From Octopus sinensis (taxonomy: Eukaryota): DNA of 64,000 bases. The stretch spans positions 3,906,001-3,970,000 of the forward strand of contig NC_043023.1 in the NCBI RefSeq assembly GCF_006345805.1. Reading direction: 5' to 3'. The notes below the pieces were generated by a model. It had not been told where the DNA came from. It saw only the letters and a program-made list of their open reading frames with translations, and made no database searches. Positions 12,376-23,400 of the stretch are shown in pieces (the first letter of the stretch is position 1; each line of letters begins with the position of its first letter). The position numbers and the translations under genes were made by a program.

Positions 12376-12776
12376 GGAGTAATAAATTCTAAGAAGATAT
12401 AGGAAATAGATTTTCTCAAATATCCAGAAGGCTCCCTTAAGATTGTAGAAGACCTAATTAGCAGAGGAGGTGGATGTTCTGAAAGCATAGTTGCTAGAAT
12501 CAGAACTGGGGAGAGAAAGTTGAGGGAGCTTTTAAGTTTGTTGGTAACGGAAGGTCTGCCTCAGAGTAAAAAGAAGGCAGATTGTATGATGCTTGTATAC
12601 AAAGAGCACTGGTACATACATATATATGTGTGTAAAACTATATATACATACACTATATATATATATGTATATATTCATATATATATGTGTGTAAAAACAT
12701 ATATACATACACTATATATATGTACATACACCTATATGTGTGTAAAAACATATACATACTATATAAATGTGTGTAT

Positions 12777-13790
12777 ATCATCATCATCATCATCATCATT
12801 CATTTAGCGTCCGTTTTCCATGCTAGCATGGGTTGGACGGTTCAACTGGGGTCTGGGGAGCCCGAAGGCTGCACCAGGCCAGTCAGATCTGGCAGTGTTT
12901 CTACAGCTGGATGCCCTTCCTAACGCCAACCACTCCGAGAGTGTAGTGGGTGATTTTATGTTCCACCGACACAGGTGCCAGACGAGGCTGGCGAACGGCC
13001 ACACTCGGATGGTGTTTTTTATGTGCCACCGACACAGGTGCCAGATGAGGCTGGCAGACGGCCACGCTCGGATGGTGTTTTTATGTGCCACCGACACAGG
13101 TGCCAGATGAGGCTGGCGAACGGCCACGATCGGATGGTGTTTGTTACGTGCCCGCAGCACGGAGGCCAGTCGATGCGGTACTGGCTACGGCCACGTTCGG
13201 ATGGTTTTCTTGTGTGCCACCGGCACTGGTACCACAAAGATACAAATTCCATTGATGTTCATCTATTTTGATTTGGTTTGATTGATTTTCACTTGCCTCA
13301 ACAGGTCTTCACAAGTGTCACAAGAAGGAAGGTATGCACAGGTGGACTGACTACGTCCCAGGTAGGGGCCACGGGTTATGGCCTGACTAGTCTTGCCGGG
13401 TCTTCGGATGGTGTTTTTATGTGCCACCGACACAGGTGCCAGATGAGGCTGGCGAAACGGCCACGATCGGATGGTGTTTGTTACTTGCCCACAGCACGGA
13501 GGCCAGTCGATGCGGTACTGGCTACGGCCATGTTCGGATAGTTTTCTTGTGTGCCACCGGCACTGGTACCACAAAGATACAAATTCCATTGATGTTCATC
13601 TATTTTGATTTGTTTTGATTTTCACTTGCCTCAAAAGGTCTTCACAAGTGTCACAAGAAGGAAGGTATGCACAGGTGGACTGACTACGTCCCAGGTAGGG
13701 GCCACGGGTTATGGCCTGACTAGTCTTGCCGGGTCTTCGGATGGTGTTTTTATGTGCCAGGTGCCAGATGAGGCTGGCGAATGGCATATT
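12777..13790 (-). mobile_element. RTE LINE 3'UTR with internal ~62-bp tandem repeats and a ~340-bp duplication
   Basis: catcatcatcatttagcgtccgttttccatgctagc tail. Repeated gatggtgtttttatgtgccaccgacacaggtgccagatgaggctggc. Same family as 3592-4335. Confidence 0.8.
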
Positions 13791-13904
13791 CCTATATATA
13801 TATGTGTGTGTAAAAACTTATATACATACACTATATATATGAATATGTGTATATATATGTATATATTCATATATATAAATATATATGTGTGTGTAAAAAC
13901 ATAG

Positions 13905-14200
13905 GAGTGAAATGTTGGCTGTGAAGGTTTGAAAGAAACAGAGCCAGCATTTGCCACTGGATGTGTAATGTCAGTGTACATGTGTGACAAAGTGGAAATT
14001 TGTTGGTAGAAAAATTGGATATAAGAGACATCGTGTATGCAAGAGAGAAGATGGGCTGATGTGATGCATATGGATGTGGATAGCTGGTTAAAGAAGTGTC
14101 GTTTGTTTAAGGTGGATGGAACTCCTGGAAGAGGGAAACCCAGGAAGACATGAGGCACAGCAGGGAAGATGAAACTCAGGCTGTTAAAATCAACATCCAC
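13905..14200 (+). mobile_element. RTE LINE C-terminal remnant
   Basis: Frame similar to LVKKCRLFKVDGTPGRGKPRKT. Confidence 0.6.
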
Positions 14201-14229
14201 AGTATATATATATATATATACTTATCACC

Positions 14230-14560
14230 ATCTAGTTGAGCTTACTCTGACATTAACCCACACATGCCATCCATCTTGGTCCTGAATTTGTTGAGAGAGG
14301 TCTTTGGCAAGGCATCTAGTCTCTCTGCTGAGATCTTGTTAGTAAGTTAATTTTTTGGCTCAAAAAGCAAGGCCATGTAGGGGGACATGGAGTTATGTAC
14401 AGGGTGGTGTTCATGTAAAGAGTTCAGGCCATCTTCACTATCTCTTCCGGCAGCTTATTCCACGGATCCGCAACCCGGACGGAGAAATCACCTCTCTGAT
14501 TGAGATGAAATCGTCGCAGATAGAGCTTTTCGGAATGACCCCGCAGCCAACGCATGTATG
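14230..14560 (-). mobile_element. CR1-like LINE 3' remnant
   Basis: Minus frame RRFHLNQRGDFSVRVADPWNKLPEEIVK, similar to the CR1 C-terminal FSxRVxxxWNxLP motif. Confidence 0.6.
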
Positions 14561-14801
14561 TTGTGTTTAGACAACCTGATCAAGTACAGCCATGCTTTAG
14601 CATTCAAAGCAATTGGTCACTTGCCACCAATGTCCTGCAAAGTGCAAGCGATTTTCCCTTTAATGGTAGGAACAGACATCTCTTTACAGCTGTTTCTTGA
14701 AGAGGTGAATTCTCCAAGATATGTTTCACACTACTCTGAACATCTAGGTGTAAGTTCCATCTAACTTGGATTCCAGGTTTTTGGTAAGCATCCAGATTGT
14801 T

Positions 14802-15280
14802 CATTATTTACATTTGACAGATTTTTGTCCTCATCTTCTTTGCTGTTAACATGTTTCAGCTGATATACCCTCCAGCCTTCATCAGGTGTCTTGTGGGAAA
14901 TTTCAAACCTGGGTTCTCATTCCTAAGGTATTTTTCAATGTTATTATTATTATTGTTGTTATTGCTCAAGTCACTGCTTGGAATCGAACTCGGAATCTTG
15001 GGGTTAGTAGCCCGCGCTCTTAACCACTAAGCCATGTGCCCTAACCCCAAGATAGGCTACTAACCCCAAAATTCCGAGTTCGATTCCAAGCAGTGACATG
15101 AACAATAATAATATCAAAAAATACCTTAGGAATGAGAACCCAGGTTCAAGATTTCCCCAGGACACCTGAAGAAGGCTGGAGGGTATATCAGTCGAAATGT
15201 ATTAATAACAAAAAGATGAGGACAAATATCCGTCAAATGTAAATAATGTACATAATTCCTCATCTCTTAAATATAGAACT
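14802..15280. mobile_element. Head-to-head inverted pair of a tRNA-headed, hammerhead-bearing short element (family E)
   Basis: Left arm (minus, head at 15040) reads GGCACATGGCTTAGTGGTTAAGAGCGCGGGCTACTAACCCCAAGATTCCGAGTTCGATTCC. Both arms carry GACAC-CTGA(T/A)GA-AGGCTG..CAG(C/T)(C/T)-GAAA. The pair is flanked by gcatccaga(t/c)tgtt at 14788-14801 and 15281-15294. Confidence 0.8.
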
Positions 15281-15479
15281 GCATCCAGACTGTTGTTCTA
15301 TATAAAAGGACTGACTCTGCCGTTGCATGGAAAAAAAACTCCTCTATAAGTTATTAAGCAGGGTTGATTTCTAGACAAAATCCAGTTTGTTTAGGGACAA
15401 TATATTAGGCTGTAAATAATGGCTTAAATTTTGTCACAAAGAAAAACAGAGCATCTCAAAAAATATAGTAATGAAAGGG

Positions 15480-17290
15480 TTAATAATGGTTTCAAATTTT
15501 GGCACTAATCCTTTAGACTTGACAAGCATTTTACCATTGGATTAAAGGGATTCTTTGATTTTCTCTGTTCGTTTTAGAGACTTTATCTTCACCAGCGAAA
15601 ATTGTATGTTGATAATGTCCTAAGAATTTAGAAACTTCAAGAATGTGAAATCATTTTTGGAACAGTCACGTTTAAAGGAAATGTAAAGCTGTAAATAATA
15701 GCATTGTAAAGGCTGCCTGTAGAATTTGAACCCATATCTCCGGTAGACATGACAGGCTTTCTACCATTGTACCAAAGCAATCCTTCGAAGTTCTCTTACC
15801 ATTTTAGGAACTTTGTTCTTATAAACGAGAATTGCTTGTTCTTTATATCATAAGAAATGTTATAACCGTTTGAGAGAACGTGGAATAACTCTTTTTTGTA
15901 ACAGTGAAGCTGGAAGCAGATAAAGCTATATATAATAGCATATAAATATTGAATTCAAATTTTGGCACAAGGCCTGCAATTTTCGAGGAGGAAGTAAGTT
16001 GATTACATCAACCTCAGTTCTCAACTGGTACTTATTTTATCGACCCTGAAAGGATAATAGGCAAAGTCTACCTTGGCAGAATTTGAACTCAGAACATAAG
16101 GATGGATGAAATACTGCTAAGCATTTTCCCCAGTGTGTTAATGATTCTGCCATCTTGGTGCCTTAAATAATAGGTATTTAAAAACTGGACTGAAAATCCC
16201 TGGGGACCTATGGGATTCGAACCCAAACTCCAGTAGACCTGACAAGCGTTTTACCATTGTATGTAGTTGACACCATAAGAAATTTTATAAATTTTGAAGG
16301 AATGACTCTTTTACTTGTTTCAGTCATTTGACTGTGGCCATGCTGGAGCACCACCTTTAGTCGAGCAAATTGACCCCAGGACTTATTCTTTGTTAGCCTA
16401 GTACTTATTCTATCGATCTCTTGGCAAACCGCTAAGTTACGGGGACATAAACACACCAGCATCGGTTGTCAAGCGATGTTGAGGGGACAAACATATATAT
16501 ACAACGGGCTTCTTTCAGTTTCCGTCTACCAAATCCACTCGCAAGGCTATAGTAGAAGACACTTGGCCAAGGTGCCATGCAGTGGGACTGAACCTGGAAC
16601 CATGTAGTTGGTAAACAAGCTACTTACCACAGCCACTCCTAAGTGGAATAATTTTTATTTTTGTAACATTGAAGCTGGAAGCAGATAAAGCTATACATGA
16701 TAGCATATAAACATTGATTTCAAATTTTGGCACAAGGCCAGCAATTTCGGAGGGAGGGGTAAGTTGATTACATCAACCCCAGTACTCAACCGGTACTTAT
16801 TTTATCGACCCTGAAAGGTTGAAAGGCAAAGTTGACCTCAGTGGAATTTGAACTCTGAACATAAAAATAGACAAAATACTGCTAAAGATTTTGTCTGATG
16901 TGCTAGCTCACTGCCTTAAATAATGGTTTCAAATTTTGGCACAAGGCCTGCAATTTCGAGGGGGTGGTGGTTAAGTCAATTACATCAGCCTCAGTGCTCA
17001 ATTGGTAGTTATTTTATTGATCTTCAAAGGATGGAGGACAAAGTCAACCTTAGCTGAATTTGAACTCAGAACATGAAGACTGATGAAATACCGCTAAGCA
17101 TTTTCCACTGTGCTAACGATTCTGCCAGCTTGCTGCCCTATAGCATAAAAATATTGAGCTGAAAAGCCCTTTTGGATTGAAAAGGGGTTAAAGATTACCT
17201 GTGAGATTTGAACCCCCATCTCCTGTACACTTGACAGGCTTTCAACCATTGAACCAAAACAATCCTTCGAAATTCTCTGCCTGTTTCAGA
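15480..17290. repeat. Old degenerate tandem modules: tRNA-Asp-like segment plus SINE-B-variant segment (with SINE-A inserted at 16306-16640)
   Basis: Minus-strand caatggt..aa(a)gc(c/t)tgtca...ggag...gggttc(a/g)aat at ~15725-15770, ~16215-16260 and ~17205-17255. Shared gaagctggaagcagataaagctata at ~15907 and ~16672. Confidence 0.55.
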
Positions 17291-17324
17291 AGTTTTACAA
17301 GTGAGAATTACATGTTGACATACC

Positions 17325-17608
17325 CTTTTACTTGTTTCAGTCATTTGACTGCGGCCATGCTGGAGCACCGCCTTTAATCGAGCAACTCGACCCCGGGACT
17401 TATTCTTTGTAAGCCCAGTACTTATTCTATCGGTCTCTTTTCTCTTTTACTTGTTTCAGTCATTTGACTGCGGCCATGCTGGAGCACCGCCTTTAATCGA
17501 GCAACTCGACCCCGGGACTTATTCTTTGTAAGCCCAGTACTTATTCTATCGGTCTCTTTTCTCTTTTACTCTTTTACTTGTTTCAGTCATTTGACTGCGG
17601 CCATGCTA
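17325..17608 (-). repeat. Tandem duplication of the SINE-A tail (two identical ~118-bp copies plus a partial third)
   Basis: cttttacttgtttcagtcatttgactgcggcc...ctatcggtctctttt is repeated exactly. Confidence 0.85.
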
Positions 17609-17660
17609 ACCCTTACTTATTTTCAAGTAAGCTTATTTTGTTTTCCTGCTTGTCATTTAA

Positions 17661-17789
17661 CTTCTAGCATGCTCAGACACATCATGACACCATACGAGTT
17701 TTCTCCCCTGTAACTGCAAGCACACTGTCTCACATTGAAAGGGGAGAAAACTCATACGGTGACATGATACATCTACAGCATGCTAAAGG
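17661..17789. mobile_element. TTAA-flanked (piggyBac-like) MITE
   Basis: ttaa at 17657-17660 and 17790-17793. Imperfect inverted arms agcatgct...catacgagttttctcccct / aggggagaaaactcatacg...agcatgct. Confidence 0.6.
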
Positions 17790-18189
17790 TTAATACGGTA
17801 TGAAAAATTGACAAAACACAGTCAAGTGCTAGAACTGTTTTATTGTAGATCATAAACAATGTCACATTTTGCTCATACAGAACAATATTTGCACATACAC
17901 CGGGATGTATGTACATGAGTGTACATATACATATATATATTATTTTATAACCGTTTGATTGAGCTCCGTGCAAACTTGTCAAACAAATCTAACTCATCAG
18001 GTTTCATAATTCCTATCAAATTCATTGAGTGCTACTTTCTTTCATTTGTCCTCTCACCCATACTAAACACACACACACAGGACAGTCTTTTTCACAGTAA
18101 TATATGATAGAAGACTAAGTTTAACTTTATCTTTCGTCCTTCTATAATTGATCAAAGAACGTGCTTGTAAAATACTGGGTTAGATGTAA

Positions 18190-18572
18190 TCTTTATATAT
18201 AAAAGTGAGGTTGTGTGCTGTCTGTCTCCTACGATTTAGATTCCTAACTACTCCCACATTTTGCGGTGCAGTTTAACCAAAACCAGGTATCTTATAGTCG
18301 TGATTCATATCGAGCCCTTCTGGGTATTAGCGTGAGTCTACGATTTAAAAAAAAATTTACCATCAATTTTTGCCATTTTTAATGCATTTTTGGCATATAT
18401 AAGGGAAGTAACTCTCTAAAAATTTATTAAATCTCAGAACGTAAAAAGCTACAGTAACACCCCCCACTTTGTAGTTAGCCATATTGAGATGGCTATTATA
18501 TTTTACATCTCTAAAAATGCTTATATAGTTATTTCCCTTACAAACCCGAGCAATGCCGGGCGATACTGCTAG
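18190..18572 (+). mobile_element. Non-autonomous Helitron
   Basis: A|TCTTTATATATAAAA start, subterminal hairpin cccgagcaatgccggg, CTAG|T end. Confidence 0.8.
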
Positions 18573-19202
18573 TATTCTTATAAAACACTTGAGATGTGAA
18601 AGAGATTATAACAGGAGACTAACTTTACCTTTTCTCTATCTGAGGTTGATAAAATAAGGTAGTAGCGAAATACTGGGGTAGATTTAATATCCTTATAAAA
18701 CAACCTAGATATGAATGGAATTATATTAGATGACTGAGATGAAATTTACCTTTCACTCTTCAGAGGATGTGAAGAGAATTCTAATAGAAGACTTTGATTA
18801 ACTTCACCTCTGATCCTTCTAGAACTAATACAATAGAGTACCAGTAATGTACTGGTGTAGATTAAATATTCCTATTAAGATCCTAGATGTAAATGGAATT
18901 ATATTTGAGGCTTAAGACCAACTTCAGTTTTTATCCTTGTAGGATTGATAAAATAAAGTTGCAGTGAATTACTGGGGTAGATTTAATATCCTTCAAAAAC
19001 ACCCTAGATGTAGATGGAATCATTACAGAAGACTAATACTGACTTTACCCTTCATTTTTTGTGAAGTTGATAAAATAAAGTAGCAGTGATATACTGAGGT
19101 AGATTTAATAGCCCTATAAAACATCTTTGATGTCAATGGAATTTAATAGATGGCTAAGATGAAATTTATCTTTCATCTTCCTTGGGTTGATAACATAAAG
19201 TA

Positions 19203-19723
19203 CCATAAATCCTCGAGTATAATCCGCATTTTTTTCCCAAAATTTAAAGGTCAAAATCCCTCGTGCATACTATATACGAGGTTACAAATGAAAAATATTT
19301 TCCAAGCAATGTCCGAGTCTCTATTTGCTGTCTGGCAATGTTTATTCAGACACATTTTGTGATGTCGGGCACGAAAATACCTTAAGCTAAGCCTGAAAGC
19401 AATGAAGTCATAAAAGAATCATCCATAACTTGCAGTAAGCAACATTTATTAAAATAAAAGTATTCAGAACACAGAATAACATGTAACAAAAACAATTTGC
19501 AAACATATTTACATTCCCATATAACAGTTAAGAACATCACCATTTTTGTATTACGCATGCGTGGAAGTGTTTGTTCGACTAGGTGCTGCTGGCTTAATTA
19601 CGCACGACTCAAGTTAGAGAAGGGGTGCGCATTATACACAAGGTTTAGGCTTTTCAGAGATACAGCCCCCAAAAAATCCCCTGCGTATTATACTCAGGGC
19701 GGACTATACTCGAGGATTTACGG
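19203..19723. mobile_element. TA-flanked Tc1/mariner-superfamily MITE (Tc2/pogo-like TIR) inserted in the satellite
   Basis: TA|CCATAAATCCTCGAGTATAATCCGC ... GCGGACTATACTCGAGGATTTACGG|TA. The satellite unit resumes after it. Confidence 0.8.
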
Positions 19724-20224
19724 TAACTGTGAAATACAGCAGCAGATATATTTCAATAAAACACCCAAGATGTAAATAGAATTATATTTGAAGACTAAGA
19801 CCAGCTTCAGCTTTCATCCTTGTGGGATTGATAAAATAAAGTTGCGGTGAAATACTGGGGTAGATTTAATATTTTTACAAACATCCTGGACGTGAATGGA
19901 AGACTGACACTAATTTTACCTTTCATAATTGTGGAATTGATAAAATAAAACCAATGAAATACTAGAATAGATTTAATATTAGTATGAAACATCTTAGATG
20001 TGAATGGAATTATATTACAAGGTGAACTTTAGCTTCCATCTTGTGGGGTTGATAAAATAAAATAGCAGTGAAATACTGAGATAGATATATTTCTGTAAAA
20101 CAACCTAGATGTGAATGGAATTATAATAAAAGACTAAAACTAACTTAACCTCTCATCCTTCAGTGGTTGATTAAATAATGTAGCAGTGAAATACTGGGTA
20201 GATTTAATATTGCTATAGAAGCTA

Positions 20225-20475
20225 GGATCACCAAGCATAGATTGGCATATTTCGGTCATATTATGCGGAGAAAATCCCTGGAGAAGGACATCATGCTCAG
20301 AATGGTCAGTGGCAAGAGAGGAAGAAGCCGACCAAGAACCTGCTGGCTTGACACCATCAAGAGGGATACCGGAATGGACATAGCCAATCTGAAAGAAGCG
20401 GCCCAGGATAGAACTGACTGGAGGACACTGATCCATCGAGTAACCGAGAGTCGACTTCGACTGAGCGGATAGAGA
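20225..20475 (+). mobile_element. RTE (BovB-like) LINE 3' end
   Basis: YFGHIMRRKSLEKDIMLRMVSGKRGRSRPRTCWLDTIK...DWRTLIHRVTESRLRLSG*. Confidence 0.85.
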
Positions 20476-20490
20476 GAGAGATAAATCATT

Positions 20491-20542
20491 GTCTCCGATG
20501 AAGGGATATTATTAATTAATATCCTAGAAACAGCTGTAAGAC
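20491..20542 (+). ncRNA. Minimal type I hammerhead-like motif, variant core CCGAUGA
   Basis: GTCT-CCGATGA-A-GGGATAT(9 nt)ATATCCT-A-GAAA-CAGCTG-TA^AGAC. Stem I is GTCT/AGAC and stem III is the palindrome ACAGCTGT. A second copy is at 32601-32652. Confidence 0.6.
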
Positions 20543-21104
20543 CTTATAAATGCTCTAATATCTATACAGCCTTAGTTTTTATCTCATTATGCAAAAAATT
20601 CTTATAAATCATCCTAGATATGAATGGAATTATTGCAGAAAGCTAAGAATGGAATTATTTCAGAAAGCGAAAGTAGTAGTGAAATACTGCAGCAGGAATA
20701 TATCTCTAAATCACCCTAGTTGTGAATGGAATTATAATATTAAGACTAAATCTAACTTTACATTCTTTTGGGGTTGATAAAATAAAGTATCAGTGAAATA
20801 CTGGGGTAGATTAAGTACACCAATAAAGCATTCTTGAAGACCAACTTCACATTTCATCTTTCTGGGGATTTGAATGGAATTTTAATGGAAGAAGTTGAAA
20901 AATAATATTTCGTTTTGGGATTTGGTTTGCAAGATTCTTTATATGATTTCGTGTGTTGAAGCATATTTTGTTGTGTCAAGACTATTGAAAAGGGGTGCAA
21001 GGCACAACGAAAATTTTAGGAAAATAAAAATAAGAAAAAAGTAGAAATTTTACCGGTGAGTGTGTTAAATTATAAGGCACAAAATTGAAAAATAATACTT
21101 TTTC

Positions 21105-21690
21105 AAAATAATTCATCTTCAAAATAATTCTTCTTCAAAATAAATCTTCTTCAAAATAATTCTTCTTCAAAATAATTCTTCAAAATAAATCTTCTTCAAA
21201 ATAATTCTTCTTCTAAATAATAATTCTTCAAAATAATTCTTCTTCTAAATAATAATTCTTCAAAATAATTCTTCTTCAAAATAATAATTCTTCAAAATAA
21301 TTCTTCTTCTAAATAATAATTCTTCAAAATAATTCTTCTTCAAAATAATTCTTCTTCAAAATAAATCTTTTTCAAAATAATTTTTCTTCAAAATAATACT
21401 TCTTCAAAATAATTCTTCTTCAAAATAATTCTTCTTCAAAATAAAACTTCTTCAAAATAAAACTTCTTCAAAATAATTCTTTTCCAAAATAATTCTTCCT
21501 TCAAAATAATACTTCTTCAAAATAATTCTTCTTCAAAATAATTCTTCTTCAAAATAATTCTTCTTCAAAATAATTTTTCTTCAAAATAATTCTTCAAAAT
21601 AAATCTTCTTCAAAATAATTCTTCTTCAAAATAATTTTTCTTCAAAATAATTCTTCAAAATAAATCTTCTTCAAAATAATTCTTCTTCAA
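21105..21690. repeat. ~16-bp minisatellite (CTTCTTCAAAATAATT)n, about 36 units
   Basis: Direct reading, with 13-bp and 19-bp variant units. It abuts and supplies the stop codon of the adjacent minus-strand ORF. Confidence 0.9.
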
Positions 21691-22208
21691 ACAGTTTCTG
21701 TGAAATTCATCTTTAGGTTTTTGAATGGTTTGTCCTTATTGATGACTTTACCCAGAATCACACCTGGTTTTATTTCTTCGGCAACGATTTGCTGATTGCT
21801 TTCTTCGTATATATTCCTGTTCTCGATTTTCCGTTCCAAGGACAGTTGCGTTGTCATATATTCCTTAGTATTCTCATACTGTATCCTGTGTGTTTCCTTC
21901 TTCTTCCGTTGGTAGATGAAAAACGAAATGATGAGGTAAACGACCCCACTGCACGTCAGCAAGATGCAAGCGATCATCATCGGGATGCGGACTTTGCCTG
22001 TAAACACCTCCTTGTACGCCAGCAAACTCAGCACAAGAAAAACGTCACAGCATAAAACACCAATCAATGCAAAGCATGCCCATTTCTCTCCCTTGAAGTT
22101 GCTCTTCATACGCAGAGTCCATTCATCCAGATGCCAGTTGTTTATGATTATGTCCGATGGATTCGTTTGCTTGCTTCCATTGCTTTGATTCTGTAGCATT
22201 CGAAACAT
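21687..22208 (-). CDS. Putative 173-aa protein with two hydrophobic (likely transmembrane) segments; function unknown
   Basis: Non-repetitive ORF from accATG (22208): MFRMLQNQ...WACFALIGVLCCDVFLVLSLLAY-KEVFTGKVR-IPMMIACILLTCSGVVYLIISFFIY-QRKKKE...NFTETV*. GC-rich third positions and retained CpGs contrast with the flanks. It could be a terminal exon rather than a whole gene. Confidence 0.6.
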   Translation of the reverse strand: MFRMLQNQSNGSKQTNPSDIIINNWHLDEWTLRMKSNFKGEKWACFALIGVLCCDVFLVLSLLAYKEVFTGKVRIPMMIACILLTCSGVVYLIISFFIYQRKKKETHRIQYENTKEYMTTQLSLERKIENRNIYEESNQQIVAEEIKPGVILGKVINKDKPFKNLKMNFTETV

Positions 22209-22239
22209 GGTTGATTGGAAGATTTGCAAATTGGCAAAA

Positions 22240-23400
22240 AATGACAATTGGTTGTTGTAGGATTAATAGATATTTGTTAGTTATTTTGGCTAAGTAGTCA
22301 ATTGGTTTGTGGGCTGGTACAACAGCATTCTGTTTTCAAAGCAGTAATTAGTTTGTCATCTGAATATTAACTTACTGAAGAGCAATTGGTTGGTTCTCTA
22401 AATAGCAGCTTAACAATTGTTTGAATAGCAACTTAAGAATTTACAGAATAGCAATTCGTTGGTTCTCTAAATAGCAACTACACAATTGTTTGAATAGCAA
22501 CTTAACAATTTACAATTGTTGTTAAAACAACAATTGACTAATTACTGTATGAGTAGTTGCTTACTTGCCTGAATAGCAACTGCTGAGAATATTGGCACAA
22601 TTACAACTATATTTATAACTGAGTTGTATTATTGCTTCATTAGTTGTTTGGCAAAATGACAATTCATAAGTTAGTTGGTTGGCACAATAGTAATTTTCGT
22701 GGTCCAAGTGGAAATTTACTTGGTAGTACAATTGGTCAGTTCTCTGACAAGCAATTGTTGGGCGAGTTAGCAAAATAATTTCATTGTTGCCTGAGTAACA
22801 ATTGGTTGCTAAAAATACAACTGATTGCTTGTCTAACAAGTATTGGCTGAGATGAAAGGCACAGTACCTATTTTGTAGTTGTCTGAATAGCAAATGTCCT
22901 TAAGATCAAATCACAGTTGGTCACTTCTTGAACATGAAATTGTTCACTTGAGTTGGCACAATAGCAATGTTGTTGCTCAAATAACAATTTGCAGATAAAA
23001 CAGCAATTGGTTGATTGTCTGATAAGAAATTGTTGGCTGAATTGGCACAATAGCAGTTTCTTTGTTTGCAAAGCAATTTGTTGGCTGCTTGGTTGGCAAA
23101 ACTAAAATTGGCCAAGCTATTGGTCAAGCATTTACTTGTCTGATCATCTCTGATGGATCAATTATTTCAGAAGCAATTTATTAATTAGTTATTAAACAGC
23201 AATTAATTGGTTACTTGGTTAATTAGTTAATTTGCGATCTGATATAACAAATCCGTTAATGTAAATTTTTGTGATTACAAGTGAATCAGCATTTAGTTAA
23301 TTGGTTAGCAATACAGCAATTAATTAGCAATACAGCAATTGGTTGATTGTCTTAATAGCACTCTGTTGATTGGTTGGCTGTTTAACGAGCAGTTCTTTAA
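22240..23400. other. Cryptically simple region rich in agcaattggttg / ttggcacaatagca motifs, upstream of the minus-strand ORF
   Basis: More than 15 CAATTGG/ATTGG/TTGGCAC-like motifs in 1.2 kb. No fixed period and no SINE insertions. Confidence 0.6.

Larger units (their letters stand above)
18580..20880 (+). repeat. Degenerate ~110-122 bp satellite (about 13 or more units) derived from the SINE-B body
   Basis: Recurrent ctagatgtgaatggaatta...actttacctttcatc...ttgataaaataaag..cagtgaaatactggggtagatttaat at 18587, 18704, 18881, 19003, 19125, 19764, 19885, 19993, 20104, 20612 and 20714. Confidence 0.8.

Noticed and set aside
17325-17608. Exact SINE-tail triplication as a biological novelty
   Set aside because: The 100% identity fits a recent slippage or an assembly artefact, and nothing further supports it.
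18580-21690. CRISPR-like appearance of the 120-bp and 16-bp arrays
   Set aside because: The context is eukaryotic, whole units are degenerate repeats with no unique spacers, and there are no cas genes.
22561-23127. Short minus-strand ORFs with repeated YCAN peptides as a repeat protein
   Set aside because: They lie in different frames, are broken by stops, and are explained by the DNA motif tattgtgccaa. The region is kept only as a non-coding observation.
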